NCBI GenBank assembly: GCA_963662315.1
Contig: OY759353.1
Coordinates: 4,416,001 to 4,480,000, forward strand
Length of the DNA stretch: 64,000 nt
Reading direction: 5' to 3'
Source of the DNA: Geopsychrobacteraceae bacterium
GTDB taxonomy: Bacteria; Desulfobacterota; Desulfuromonadia; Desulfuromonadales; Geopsychrobacteraceae
The notes under the pieces are model-generated. The model saw only the letters and a list, made by a program, of their open reading frames with translations, did no database searches and was not told the origin of the DNA. Below, one piece after another: positions 43,116-52,705 of the stretch; position 1 is the stretch's first letter, and each line of letters opens with the position of its first letter. The position numbers and the translations under genes are program-made.

Positions 43116-43945
43116 TAGGCTATCTCTCTGATTTGACTTAATGATTGCAATAATTGTTGGCGAACCTCAGAAAATTCCTTGCTCAAAATCTTACCGTCAA
43201 GGTTGGCCTTGTGGTATGCAGCATCCAAGGGTAAGCAAAAAATGGGTTGTTTTTCTTTTCCGGAAAACATCTGGTGCAGCAGTGCCTGATTGTGAACTTT
43301 ATTGGCAATGATTGCATATTTTTTGTTCATATTGTGCAGAATCTGTTCGGTTTGCTGCATGTCATGCATGCCAAAAGGGGTTGGCTCGGCAACCAGAATG
43401 ACAAAATCCGCCGGTTTGATTGCTGCAACGGCTGCGCACGAGTTGCCCGGTGGCCCATCAATGACCGATCGGTTTGCCGGGTTAATCCGTTTCACCAATT
43501 CTGAAATCAGATAGGTGCCACGTGTTGATCCAACATTAAGATCTCCGATATGCACCTGGTTGTTGGTACGGGCAGAATAGCCACTACGAATACGGCCAAC
43601 GGGCGTATCGGCAAAGCTGATCGCCTGCTGCGGACAGACCGCTTCACAGACTCCGCAGCCATGGCAGAGCTGTTCGGTCAGGTAGACCGTGTCGAGAATT
43701 TTATAGAGCGCGTTAAAGCGGCACTCTTTGGTGCAACGTCCGCAACTATTGCACAAAGATGCATCAAACTCAGGTGTTGGCTGGCAGATGACTGCTTCCC
43801 GGGAAAATTCCGGCTGCAGAAAGTATTCAGCATTGGGGGCGTCGACATCAAGATCATAAAATTCCGCATTCAGGATCTCGGCAATGGAAACGGCAAGGGT
43901 GGTTTTGCCGGCACCACCCTTGCCACTGACGACCGTGAGGATCAC
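43115..43945 (-). CDS. MinD/ParA-like P-loop ATPase with inserted 4Fe-4S ferredoxin domain (paralog)
   Basis: SGKGGAGKT, CNSCGRC, CHGCGVC, EPTPFG. Confidence 0.88.
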   Translation of the reverse strand: MILTVVSGKGGAGKTTLAVSIAEILNAEFYDLDVDAPNAEYFLQPEFSREAVICQPTPEFDASLCNSCGRCTKECRFNALYKILDTVYLTEQLCHGCGVCEAVCPQQAISFADTPVGRIRSGYSARTNNQVHIGDLNVGSTRGTYLISELVKRINPANRSVIDGPPGNSCAAVAAIKPADFVILVAEPTPFGMHDMQQTEQILHNMNKKYAIIANKVHNQALLHQMFSGKEKQPIFCLPLDAAYHKANLDGKILSKEFSEVRQQLLQSLSQIREIA

Positions 43946-44728
43946 TTATGCGCCTCCACCACAAACCTGTGCCGGGCTTAATGGTTGCAGCTGATTGCTG
44001 AGGAACAGATCGACTGTTTCCTGAACGGTCTGACCGCTGCCACCGAATACTTCGATGCCGCTCTGACGGAACCCCTGCAGAGGGCGTCCGCCAATTCCGG
44101 CAACAACCAGGTTGGAAACATAGTTGCCTTTAAGTAGCATAACTGGCGCAAAGCAGCCGCCGGTGGTGTGCCCACCATTTTTCAGCGGAATGACATTGAC
44201 GATCTGATTGTCTTTGATGTCGATCAGCATATAATAGTTACATTTACCAAAGTGACCGGAGCGGGTGGCGTTCATGCCCTCTTCGCTATCGGCTGGCACG
44301 GCAAGTCGGGTAGCCCCTTCTTCTGGCGGTTCAACGGTTGCTCCCTGCCCGCCTGCCGCCTGTTGAGTTTCATCATCCACAGCCAGTTTGTCGAGAACCT
44401 GCTCAACGGTACCGGTTGTATCTTCAACGTACTTGATACCCGCCTTGTTCAGCACCTCCGCAGCCTTCGGTCCCACCGCGCCGGTATAAAGAATGTTGAC
44501 CTTGAATTCAGCCATCAGCTGGGCTGCGCCGGTACCTGCCCCGTTAGCGGCATCAATCCCTTTGCTGTTGTCATGAGCATAGACTTCGCCGGTCAGAGTG
44601 TTGGCAATCATAAAAAAAGCTGCCCGGCCAAAGCGCGGGTCAATTTCTGACTGCAAAGAGCGTTCTTTTGAAGTAACTGCAACGATCATTCCTTTGTTCT
44701 CCATTCTATGGGTGTCGGTGTGCAACAT
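43946..44728 (-). CDS. Tandem NifB/NifX-family (dinitrogenase FeMo-cofactor domain) protein
   Basis: Two domains: PRFGRA...GAVGPKA and GHFGKC...GIGGRP. Confidence 0.8.
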   Translation of the reverse strand: MLHTDTHRMENKGMIVAVTSKERSLQSEIDPRFGRAAFFMIANTLTGEVYAHDNSKGIDAANGAGTGAAQLMAEFKVNILYTGAVGPKAAEVLNKAGIKYVEDTTGTVEQVLDKLAVDDETQQAAGGQGATVEPPEEGATRLAVPADSEEGMNATRSGHFGKCNYYMLIDIKDNQIVNVIPLKNGGHTTGGCFAPVMLLKGNYVSNLVVAGIGGRPLQGFRQSGIEVFGGSGQTVQETVDLFLSNQLQPLSPAQVCGGGA

Positions 44729-44849
44729 ATTCTCAACGCAGAGTTGCGTTCACGGTTTTTAGCGCTTTCAGCCTTATTAAGGCTAAATGTGCACCCTGCG
44801 CCTCTGCGTTAAAAAGTCACCCTGCTGTGGGGCAGGGTGACATGTCAAG

Positions 44850-45119
44850 TTAAGCGTTGGGATTGCTGGACATTAACCGGTAACGGCAATGTGCCCGTCG
44901 TCCTGAAGCGACAGGTGGTCGGATGGATTCGTCCTGATTGGTCAGGTTGAACCTGCGGCCCATGCCCCCTTGTCTCACCGGGGTCGACAGGCTTTCCGGG
45001 GACTGCTTACGTCCCCAGCCGGTACCGCATTGCTGGAGTTGATTCCGTGCCGCGTTTCGTTGGGCTTTACCCATTCCAGATCCTTGCCCTAGCGGGCCTG
45101 TTCCATCTTTGCAAGGCAT
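44850..45119 (-). CDS. DUF5320-like Gly/Arg-rich small protein
   Basis: MPxxDGTGPxGxG N-terminus; first gene of the operon. Confidence 0.65.
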   Translation of the reverse strand: MPCKDGTGPLGQGSGMGKAQRNAARNQLQQCGTGWGRKQSPESLSTPVRQGGMGRRFNLTNQDESIRPPVASGRRAHCRYRLMSSNPNA

Positions 45120-45166
45120 AACTTCTCTCCTATCTGGTTAAATAAACCATTAAAAATGAAAGCTCA

Positions 45167-45180
45167 TGTGCATATGCACA
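45167..45180. promoter_or_regulatory. Perfect 14-bp palindrome TGTGCATATGCACA, candidate operator
   Basis: About 50 bp upstream of the first gene of the 45119-41002 operon. Confidence 0.55.
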
Positions 45181-45329
45181 AAACAAGAATATTCCCCTGT
45201 AAGCACTGTGTCAATGGGAAATATTCCTATGCGTGTAAATTGTCGTGATTTTGTAAGTGGGATGAAAATAGTGATAATTCAGGGTGTTAACGAGTAGAAC
45301 TGAACAATATTGAATGTATTGGTGGAGGT

Positions 45330-46136
45330 TTAACCGAAGCTGCCGTTACTGGCCAGGGCTAAAATATTTTTGAGGAATGGTGGGGATGCCCCAAGGTACA
45401 TCAGCGTTCTGATCTTGGTTGCTGAAAAGCCACTGCTTTTCAGAGGTAGATCAAGTTCTGCCGTATTGAGCACATGCATTTGCAGGGTTCTGTTTTCCGG
45501 AGTTTTGTCGCAGGCCTGGTTGACTAGTTGGCGAATGGCATTGACGTCGATTCTTTCCGTAATGCAGGGACCTAACTGCCAGAGATTAGGTCCGGTTTGC
45601 AATAGCGCCATACAGGGGCCACTTTGCAGTGGCAGGCAGTTGACTTCCAGTAGGTGGTGCAATGGGCGCTGTGTTTCTCCCCAGCAATGCGCATTCAAAG
45701 CTATGAAATCGTCGAGTTCGCAGCTGGATTGCAGGGGAAGAACTCCACGGCCAGTGGTTTCCCATGTCGTAATTTGATCGTGCTCTTGAAAACCAAACTT
45801 GATGTAAAAGTCCTGGGCAGACTTATTGCTTAACAGCCAGATATGGGAAATTCCGGCGTGGGTAAGAAGATTCAGGGCATGGAGTAGGAGTGTTTTTCCA
45901 TACCCCTGGAGGCGTTTTTCCGGATTAATCAGCAGGTTCCCGACCCAACCGCTGATTTTGTAGGCAACAGCCGATATAAATCCGCAACAGTCACCATGGT
46001 GTCGCAGTACATAAAAATGCTGTTGCCAGAAATTAAGGAACAGGCGTTCTTCTTGAAACGATATTTCCCATCCTTCCGTGTTTGCCCAGCTTTTAAAGAG
46101 TGGCCAGTCGGTGCTTTTCAAAGGGCCGATTTGCAT
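45330..46136 (-). CDS. GNAT-family N-acetyltransferase
   Basis: LLINPEKRLQGYGKTLL, FYIKFGF. Confidence 0.8.
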   Translation of the reverse strand: MQIGPLKSTDWPLFKSWANTEGWEISFQEERLFLNFWQQHFYVLRHHGDCCGFISAVAYKISGWVGNLLINPEKRLQGYGKTLLLHALNLLTHAGISHIWLLSNKSAQDFYIKFGFQEHDQITTWETTGRGVLPLQSSCELDDFIALNAHCWGETQRPLHHLLEVNCLPLQSGPCMALLQTGPNLWQLGPCITERIDVNAIRQLVNQACDKTPENRTLQMHVLNTAELDLPLKSSGFSATKIRTLMYLGASPPFLKNILALASNGSFG

Positions 46137-46152
46137 AGAAGGCAGGATCCTT

Positions 46153-47283
46153 TCAGGCGGCGCTGCGACACAGGGTAAGGAGTTCCCGGTCGTTCAGCGG
46201 CCGTTTATTCCGTGTGGCGACTTGTCTGACACGGCTGAGCAAGGCGTCAAGATCGACACTGTGCGGGTCTATCTGCAAAGCCTCCAGGCGCTGCCGCAAA
46301 CCATGGGACCCTGAATGCTTGCCGAGCACCATATGCCGTTTCAGTCCGACTTCAGCCGGATCAAACCCTTCGTAGTTCTTGGGATTCTTGATGATCCCGT
46401 CCGCATGCAGGCCCGATTCATGAGAGAAAACCTTTTCACCGACAATTGGTTTCCAGTGCGGGACCGGATGTTTACTGGCTTTGCCGACATATCGGGAAAT
46501 TTCAGCAAGGCGTTCGGTCTGAATCCCCGGATTAATGCCGACGGCATGTTTTAGCGCCATGACAACCTCTTCAAGCGCAGCATTGCCGGCCCGTTCTCCT
46601 AGGCCATTGACCGTCGTGTTAACAAATCTGGCTCCAGCTCGAATGCCTGCAATGGCGTTGGCGGTTGCCATACCCAGGTCATTATGAGTGTGCACTTCAA
46701 GATCGAGATCAACACGGTTACGCAGATAGGCGATGTTTTCGTAAATCGTAAAGGGATCAAGTATTCCTAACGTATCGCAGTAGCGAAAACGATCGGCCCC
46801 TTCCTGCTTGGCGATGCTCAGAAGTTCTGTCAAAAAGTCCAGATCGGCCCGGCTCGAATCTTCGCCGCCGACAGAGACGTAAAGCTGGTGTTTTTTGGCA
46901 AAGCCAAGTGCGACTTTCAACTGTTCTTTAACCCATTCCCGGCTCTTGTTCAATTTATGCTGAATATGGATGTCCGAAACGGACAGGGAAATATCAACTG
47001 CCTGCAGGCCGCAGTCGATTGACGCCTGGATATCACTGATCAGGGCACGGTTCCAGCTGATTAGGCGGGCATTCAGGTTCAGATTGATCAGGGCCTTGAT
47101 GTCTCGCTGCTCATTTTTTCCCATGGCAGGAATGCCGCATTCCAGTTCTCCGACACCGATGCTGTCAAGCGCTTGGGCAATGGTGATTTTTTCTTTACGG
47201 CTGAATACGACACCGGCGGTCTGTTCACCATCCCTTAAGGTTGTGTCATCGATAACAATATTGTGTTCAGGTTTTTTAACCAT
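46153..47283 (-). CDS. nifV: Homocitrate synthase
   Basis: DTTLRDGEQ, HTHNDLG, GERAGNA, FSHESGLHADG; lies in the nif region. Confidence 0.92.
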   Translation of the reverse strand: MVKKPEHNIVIDDTTLRDGEQTAGVVFSRKEKITIAQALDSIGVGELECGIPAMGKNEQRDIKALINLNLNARLISWNRALISDIQASIDCGLQAVDISLSVSDIHIQHKLNKSREWVKEQLKVALGFAKKHQLYVSVGGEDSSRADLDFLTELLSIAKQEGADRFRYCDTLGILDPFTIYENIAYLRNRVDLDLEVHTHNDLGMATANAIAGIRAGARFVNTTVNGLGERAGNAALEEVVMALKHAVGINPGIQTERLAEISRYVGKASKHPVPHWKPIVGEKVFSHESGLHADGIIKNPKNYEGFDPAEVGLKRHMVLGKHSGSHGLRQRLEALQIDPHSVDLDALLSRVRQVATRNKRPLNDRELLTLCRSAA

Positions 47284-47345
47284 GGCCGCTTCCCTCACGG
47301 ATTTAAATAGTTCAGCACCCTTAAAATAGGACAATTTCCTGCCAA

Positions 47346-47360
47346 GCAAGTAGCGTGCCG
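47346..47360 (-). promoter_or_regulatory. sigma54 promoter of nifV
   Basis: CGGCACGCTACTTGC on the minus strand (GG-N10-GC). Confidence 0.7.
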
Positions 47361-48137
47361 CGGTTTTGACGTGATGATAGGTGTTCGAAATAGGTCTTGT
47401 TTGCGTATAGAGCTGATCAATTATTAGGCAGGTGGTGGATAATTCAGCACCAAGCGGTGAGGTTCATAAATGATCAAAGAACCGCTGGGCATAAACTGCA
47501 TGAATAATGCGTTTGCGAGCCTAAGTGTTCTTATCAGATGCGAACCCGGAAAGGACTGTAATCTGATGCAAATCAGGCACACAGAAAAGTCTGAAATTAA
47601 GAGCAGTCGTGAATAGCGATTCCTGATGATTAAGCTGTACCTGCAGGAGAACGCCTTTAATCTCGGTAAGATAAAGGCGGTGATTCTGTGGTAATGATAA
47701 GGTATTTGAAAAATAATATTTGTGCGTGTTTGATATTTACAAAACCACTAGAAAAAATCGGTGAAACAAAAACAAAGAATATGCGTTCTTTTTGTATGAA
47801 AACAATTTGTTCTATTGCGTTGATTTTTAACATTTTTTTTCATTAATGGTAAATATGAATATTGTAATAATTGTTTAGTAGAATAATGTAGGAATCCTGA
47901 GCGAAATGATAAGATATTGAAAAATCAAGGTTTTTTTGCGTGTCGTGCAGAAAAATTTAGTTGCGACTAAGGTATCTATGGTGTAAACCTTTCTATATGG
48001 TCTTTGGGATGAATGTATCTCTTTGCTCTGTTGGTGTATCTGCCACCACTTTTTGTGCCTGAGAAACTGCCACTTTTTGAGGCGCTGTAGTGAATTTATA
48101 ATAGAGTTATAAACTACACATCTGGACAGGAGGTTGT

Positions 48138-49373
48138 ATGAGAATCTGGCAAGGAGTTTGTCTGGGCTTACTGCTGGTTCCGCTTATCCTGGGGATATCG
48201 GCTACTGTTGAGGCCGCATCCGTCTCCGGCCGCGCGAGCACTGTGCTCGAATGGTACGATACTGCTGCTGAAGAAACCGCGATCCCCGGCTATCAGTATC
48301 TTCAGCTGAATGTGAAAGATCTCGTCAGCAAGGGCTACAATTTCAAACTTTATGGACGTCTGGCGGATGATTTCGCCGATGAAACAGATGTCGATAGCCG
48401 CCTCTACTATGCTTATCTTGAAAAGCGTGACCTGTTTGACGGATTTGATTTTCGCCTTGGTCGCCAGTTTATCTCGACAACCGCCGGTGCCTCGATGATG
48501 GACGGTCTGTCGCTGCGCTACGAATGTCCGGCAGGATACAGTGTCCGGGTTTTTGGTGGTGGCGATGTCAAATACTATGATGGCTACAATATTAAAGATG
48601 TTATCGACGGTATCGAACTTGGCGGTAAATTCTTTGATGGCGATCTGACCACCAATGTGTCCTATCTGCAAAAGTGGGATCAGGGGCTGATTGCTCAGGA
48701 GCTGGTCGGGTTTGATGCTGACTACGACCTGGGTGGTCGTCTCTGGTTGTACAATGAACTGCAGTGGGACCTGATTTCAGAACGTCTCAGTTACGCTTTG
48801 GTTGGTGGTAAGTACCGCTTTAACCAGCCTTTCACCCTGCGTCTTGAATATCTGTATTCAATGCCGGTTTTCTCCGCGACATCCATCTACTCTGTTTTTG
48901 CTGTTGATGAGTATAAGGAAATTCTTGCAGAACTGACCTGGAAGATCTCCCGCGATGTACAGCTCTACGGGCGTCTGACCCATGAGATGTATGAAGAGTT
49001 TGATGATGCTGATGTTATCGAAGTTGGCGTTGAAAAGCTGCGCACCGGTCAGTTCTACGGTTACCTGTCCGGAGTCTATCGTAATGATGATGATGGCCAG
49101 GGGATGTATGGAGTCAAGGCCTATGGCAACTATCGGGTGCTTGAGCCCTTGCAGATTGGCGTTGGCTGTAATGTCGATGTCCTTGAGCGTGATATCGCTT
49201 ACTACGATACCGATGACAGCGATCAGAATGAAACGACCAGCACACGTGTCTGGGCGGATGTCAAATACGAGTTTAGCGATAAGATCAATACCACGGCCAA
49301 AATTGAGTACATCAAAAGCGATCTGTGGGATCGTTACAACCGTGGCACTCTTCGCCTGAATGTACTTTTCTAA
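48138..49373 (+). CDS. Outer-membrane beta-barrel of a porin-cytochrome conduit (OmbB-like)
   Basis: Signal peptide, amphipathic strands, terminal Phe; upstream of two multiheme cytochromes. Confidence 0.8.
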   Translation: MRIWQGVCLGLLLVPLILGISATVEAASVSGRASTVLEWYDTAAEETAIPGYQYLQLNVKDLVSKGYNFKLYGRLADDFADETDVDSRLYYAYLEKRDLFDGFDFRLGRQFISTTAGASMMDGLSLRYECPAGYSVRVFGGGDVKYYDGYNIKDVIDGIELGGKFFDGDLTTNVSYLQKWDQGLIAQELVGFDADYDLGGRLWLYNELQWDLISERLSYALVGGKYRFNQPFTLRLEYLYSMPVFSATSIYSVFAVDEYKEILAELTWKISRDVQLYGRLTHEMYEEFDDADVIEVGVEKLRTGQFYGYLSGVYRNDDDGQGMYGVKAYGNYRVLEPLQIGVGCNVDVLERDIAYYDTDDSDQNETTSTRVWADVKYEFSDKINTTAKIEYIKSDLWDRYNRGTLRLNVLF

Positions 49374-49386
49374 GAAGGAGCAGCTT

Positions 49387-50229
49387 ATGATCCGCACAGT
49401 ATCTATTTCAGTCTGTCTGTTGCTGGCGTCTCTGGTTGCCCCGCTCTGGGCTGCTGATTTCGATCACACCGCCCACGTTGAGCAATATGTTGACGCCGAA
49501 TGTTCAACCTGCCATGTCGACAACGCACCTTCCATTATTCCGGATAAAAAGGTGTGCCTGGACTGTCACGATCAGGCGCTGGTTGATGAAGTTTCTCTGC
49601 CCGAACCTTATACCCATGGGGCGGCCTGGTCTCTGAACCACGGCCCGTCGGCCAAAGGTCCGCAGACCAATTGCGCTTCGTGCCACGAGCAGAGTGACTG
49701 CCTTGACTGTCACAAAGCTGGCCTTGCCCATGAAATGGGTGAGTACAGTAATAACATGATCAATGTTCACCGCAGTGATTTCCATGTCAGCCATCCGTTA
49801 GCGGCTCGTGCTGACCAGAATAGCTGTAATAGCTGCCATGAAACGAAATTCTGTAATGACTGTCACGACACCTGGCGTTTTAACAGTGGTGACATCGGCA
49901 GCCCGTCACATCGCAGAACCTTTGACCTGGGGTTAGAGGGGACGGATATTGACATTATTCACGCCGGATTCAGTAACACCTTGGCTTGTGATAATTGCCA
50001 TGCCGGCGCATCTATGGATTTCCACACCTGGTCGATTGGTCATGCCAGGGAAGCAAGAAGATCTTTGGCAACCTGCCAGAGCTGCCACCCCGAAGGGGAT
50101 GTCTGTCTGCGTTGTCACAGTGCGAGAGGTGGTGTTGTCGGTTTTAACCCGCACCCCAAGGATTGGGATGATTTCAAAGACAATATCAGTGATGCAAGTA
50201 ACGGTAGAACTTGCCGTAAATGTCACTAA
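49387..50229 (+). CDS. Periplasmic multiheme cytochrome c, 10 CxxCH motifs (OmaB-like position)
   Basis: Signal peptide; ten CxxCH counted. Confidence 0.9.
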   Translation: MIRTVSISVCLLLASLVAPLWAADFDHTAHVEQYVDAECSTCHVDNAPSIIPDKKVCLDCHDQALVDEVSLPEPYTHGAAWSLNHGPSAKGPQTNCASCHEQSDCLDCHKAGLAHEMGEYSNNMINVHRSDFHVSHPLAARADQNSCNSCHETKFCNDCHDTWRFNSGDIGSPSHRRTFDLGLEGTDIDIIHAGFSNTLACDNCHAGASMDFHTWSIGHAREARRSLATCQSCHPEGDVCLRCHSARGGVVGFNPHPKDWDDFKDNISDASNGRTCRKCH

Positions 50230-50267
50230 TCGCGAAATTCATCTTTAACACACGAGGAGGTATTTCA

Positions 50268-52421
50268 ATGCGAAAACAATGGTTGGTTTTACTGATCGCA
50301 GTATTGGCCAGCGCAATGCTCTGGGGGTGCGGCAGCAGTGGTGGCGGAGGTGACGAAGTCACAAAGTCCACAGATGATGTTGCTACGGCAGAGAATGTCG
50401 GCAACTGTACGATCTGTCACACCCTGGATGTTCACACTGAGTTGAATGCTGTTGTCGGTGTGAACTCGAACGAAAATGGTTTAGGGTCTGCCATAACTCA
50501 TGATTGTGAAGCATGTCACGGTGGTGGTCAGTACCATCACGGTGATGGGCCGATTCCTTATCCTGAGTTGACACTGGCTCAGTGTGCAACCTGTCACACT
50601 GATATCCAGGACAAAATGGATAAAGTTCTGGCATCTAAGCACAACTATGAAGATGCCGAGAATACCGAATTTGAAGCCGATGGGCATGATACCCGCTATT
50701 GCCAGCGTTGTCACACTGGTGAAGGCAGTGTCTATCTGAAAGATGTTATTGGTGATAAGAGTTACCTGTCTTCAACTATCGTAGCTTACGGGTCTGCAGT
50801 TGGCGCTGGCCAGGTTGAGGCCCTCCAGAATGAAGATGCCGATGGTAACCCTCTACTGCATAGCCCTGGTGCCTGTTTTACCTGCCATAGCACCTTGACT
50901 GGTGAACTGGTCCAGTTTGATCCCCTCGCGTGGGACCCGAACCAGAATGGTGAATCTGACCAGCTGGATATGTGTACGTCCTGCCACAACTATAAATCTG
51001 CTGATGGCACAGTTGTGTTTGGTTCTGGATCAGCTACCAGTGGAACTGCAGAGTTCTATCATAATACTGCTTGGTACCGGACCATCTCAACCACTCACAT
51101 TGACAATCCTGCAACGGCTACCATGGTTGAAGGTTATGTCATTCGTGAAACTTCCGCCAATCCATGTTTTGACTGTCACGGCCACGAGCTGACGACGAAT
51201 ACCCGTTATGCTTCCGATCCTGAAGAGCTGACGATCCACACGCAATGGGCTTCTTCCGGACACGCAGCAGGGTTGATGAAGGCGAAACTTGCCGTAGATT
51301 CAGGCCTCAGAACTGTTGAGAATGTTGATAATATTACCGCCGCCGGTGGTGATGAAACAACCAGTGGTGGTGGGTTTACGCACTATAATTGGGATCAGAC
51401 CAGTCGCGCCAGTTGCCAAATGTGTCATACCGCAACCGGGTTTAAGAATTATGTAACGGACAGCGTGGCTTATAATACAGCCATGGACACCTATGCAACT
51501 TCTTCCGATATCGATGATCTGCCCAACGACTTCTCCCACCTGTCTGGGTGGTCGACAGATCCTACCGCCGGCTCCGGTCAGAACGAACTGCTCTACTGCT
51601 GGGGTTGTCATGTCAACGCTGAAACTGGTGAGTTGCGCGTAACTGGCGCTGTAACCGCAACCTATACTTACAATGAGCAAGCAATTGTCTTCCCGGATGT
51701 CGGCAGTTCCAACACTTGCGTTGTCTGTCACTCCGGTCGTGGTAACAACGAAACGGCATCGACAAGCAGCCGCTTTGCTGGGCACCATGCTCCGGCAGCA
51801 GCAGATCTGTTCAGCGAGTACAGCCATGTTGCTTACGAGTATCCAGGCCTTGATTACTCCAACGTATCGTATTTTGCCCACGACAGCATTGATGCTGAAG
51901 GTCAAGGTCCTTGCGTGGCCTGTCACATGAATGGCGAAGCAACTGACCATTCCTTTGATGTTGTTGAGAAGGATGATCTCGGCGTTATCACGGCAATCAA
52001 GGCTGATGTCTGCGTGACCTGTCACAGTGGTGGCCATGGCTATGCTTTTGTCAGTGAAGATACAACCAATGATAATGGTACCTTCACGGTTGCCGGTGCT
52101 GCTGCTGCTCTTGAAGAAGAAGCCGAAGGCTATAAGGAAGCAGGCGATATTCTTCTTGCTCTGCTTGCCAACACCATTACTAACTACCAGGAAGCAGTTG
52201 TTAACCAATCCAGTGAAGTTGAAAATGATCGTGGTGCTTTCCAGAACTCCAAGCTGCCTTCTGATGAGCCTGGCGGTTTTGCGCACAACCGTTATTATGT
52301 AAAACGTGCTATTTTCGATGCGATTGACTGGATGGAAGATGGCGCTATCAACGGAACGATTGCTGACTATTCAGCAACCTATCCAGAAGGCGCTTCCTGG
52401 TTGGGTTCTTCCCGTCCATAA
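50268..52421 (+). CDS. Lipoprotein multiheme cytochrome c, 12 CxxCH motifs (OmcB/OmcC-like)
   Basis: Lipobox LWGC; twelve CxxCH; GAGGAGG RBS. Confidence 0.9.
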   Translation: MRKQWLVLLIAVLASAMLWGCGSSGGGGDEVTKSTDDVATAENVGNCTICHTLDVHTELNAVVGVNSNENGLGSAITHDCEACHGGGQYHHGDGPIPYPELTLAQCATCHTDIQDKMDKVLASKHNYEDAENTEFEADGHDTRYCQRCHTGEGSVYLKDVIGDKSYLSSTIVAYGSAVGAGQVEALQNEDADGNPLLHSPGACFTCHSTLTGELVQFDPLAWDPNQNGESDQLDMCTSCHNYKSADGTVVFGSGSATSGTAEFYHNTAWYRTISTTHIDNPATATMVEGYVIRETSANPCFDCHGHELTTNTRYASDPEELTIHTQWASSGHAAGLMKAKLAVDSGLRTVENVDNITAAGGDETTSGGGFTHYNWDQTSRASCQMCHTATGFKNYVTDSVAYNTAMDTYATSSDIDDLPNDFSHLSGWSTDPTAGSGQNELLYCWGCHVNAETGELRVTGAVTATYTYNEQAIVFPDVGSSNTCVVCHSGRGNNETASTSSRFAGHHAPAAADLFSEYSHVAYEYPGLDYSNVSYFAHDSIDAEGQGPCVACHMNGEATDHSFDVVEKDDLGVITAIKADVCVTCHSGGHGYAFVSEDTTNDNGTFTVAGAAAALEEEAEGYKEAGDILLALLANTITNYQEAVVNQSSEVENDRGAFQNSKLPSDEPGGFAHNRYYVKRAIFDAIDWMEDGAINGTIADYSATYPEGASWLGSSRP

Positions 52422-52448
52422 CAAGAATTAAATGATTAATTGTTATTC

Positions 52449-52477
52449 AGCCCCCGCAAATTGCGGGGGCTTTTTTA
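52449..52477 (+). terminator. Rho-independent terminator
   Basis: AGCCCCCGCAAATTGCGGGGGCTTTTTT. Confidence 0.85.
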
Positions 52478-52576
52478 TGTGCCAAACAAATAAGCACTCT
52501 GCTCAATTAATATTCATATTTTTTTATAAAGCCGCTGCTTGCAAATAAAAGCTCTGGAAAATAAAGTTTTTGATGT

Positions 52577-52592
52577 TGGCCGGTGTTTTGCA
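52577..52592 (+). promoter_or_regulatory. Candidate sigma54 promoter of nifEN
   Basis: TGGCCGGTGTTTTGCA (GG-N10-GC). Confidence 0.6.
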
Positions 52593-52705
52593 ATACCTCC
52601 ATATTAGCTAACCACGCTCCGGTAGTGACATTGCTGCATGACCGGAGTTCCCCCTTCTCAATGACGCGACGGGTTGAAACCACAACAACCGAAAGGAATA
52701 ACGTC

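Noticed and set aside
52615..52700. Riboswitch or ANTAR element in the nifE leader
   Set aside because: A hairpin (CTCCGGT...ACCGGAG) is present, but there is no paired hexaloop motif, terminator U-tract or recognisable riboswitch consensus.
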